Shown here in pieces: positions 63,853-64,000 of a stretch of DNA of 64,000 bases. Positions within the stretch are counted from its first letter, which is position 1. Every line of letters begins with the position of its first letter. The notes under the pieces are model-generated. The model worked only from the letters and a program-made list of their open reading frames with translations, made no database searches and was not told the DNA's origin. Both the position numbers and the translations under genes were made by a program. Source of the DNA: Camelus dromedarius (taxonomy: Eukaryota); the NCBI RefSeq assembly GCF_036321535.1, contig NC_087437.1, forward strand, positions 24,678,001 through 24,742,000, given 5' to 3'.

Positions 63853-64000
63853 CAGAGTCAGGAAACTTTCCCTAAAGGGTCAAATAATAAATATTTTAGG
63901 CTTTGTGGGCCCAGAGATTTATCTTGCAATTACTGCTCAATTTTGCTCTTGTAGCATGAAAGCACCGATAGGTAAAAAAGGATGTGTGTGGGTGTTCCAA
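63853..64000 (+). mobile_element. MER58A-like hAT MITE (runs off the window end)
   Basis: aaactttccctaaagggtcaaataataaatattttaggctttgtgggcc...ttgtagcatgaaagca...gtgttccaa. Confidence 0.85.

Noticed and set aside
1..64000. The 60-141 aa ORFs in the supplied track as protein-coding genes
   Set aside because: All are short, many start at non-ATG codons, and they are low-complexity or overlap repeats. I recognised no domain and no consistent exon chain.

Overview
Mammalian, AT-rich, CpG-depleted, non-coding genomic DNA, most likely from a camelid (Camelus/Vicugna/Lama). That assignment rests on three tRNA-derived Vic-1-type SINEs and on L1 3' ends of camelid/artiodactyl type. I found no credible host protein-coding exon, RNA gene, CRISPR array or prokaryote-type system, and the ORFs in the track are chance or repeat-derived. 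The window is a layered transposon landscape: MIR, L2, old L1M, MLT1/MER21 LTRs, MER20/MER2/Charlie1/MER58 DNA transposons, and young L1 and SINE copies with intact target-site duplications (TSDs). Repeat-poor stretches between these look like candidate regulatory DNA. Most L1s, LTRs and SINEs lie on the minus strand, which hints at an intron of a plus-strand gene. The best second-look items are: an L1 (49.1-51.0 kb) whose large internal deletion is bridged by a 34-nt antisense L1 3'UTR patch; two CpG-retaining islets (about 4.9-5.7 kb and 17.4-17.6 kb); a 122-bp tandem duplication; a double STAT/GAS palindrome; a non-coding minus-strand exon candidate; and an expanded MER20. I see no convincing new biological system. 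Repeat family names come from my recall of consensus sequences, not from a database search, and boundaries without a TSD are approximate.
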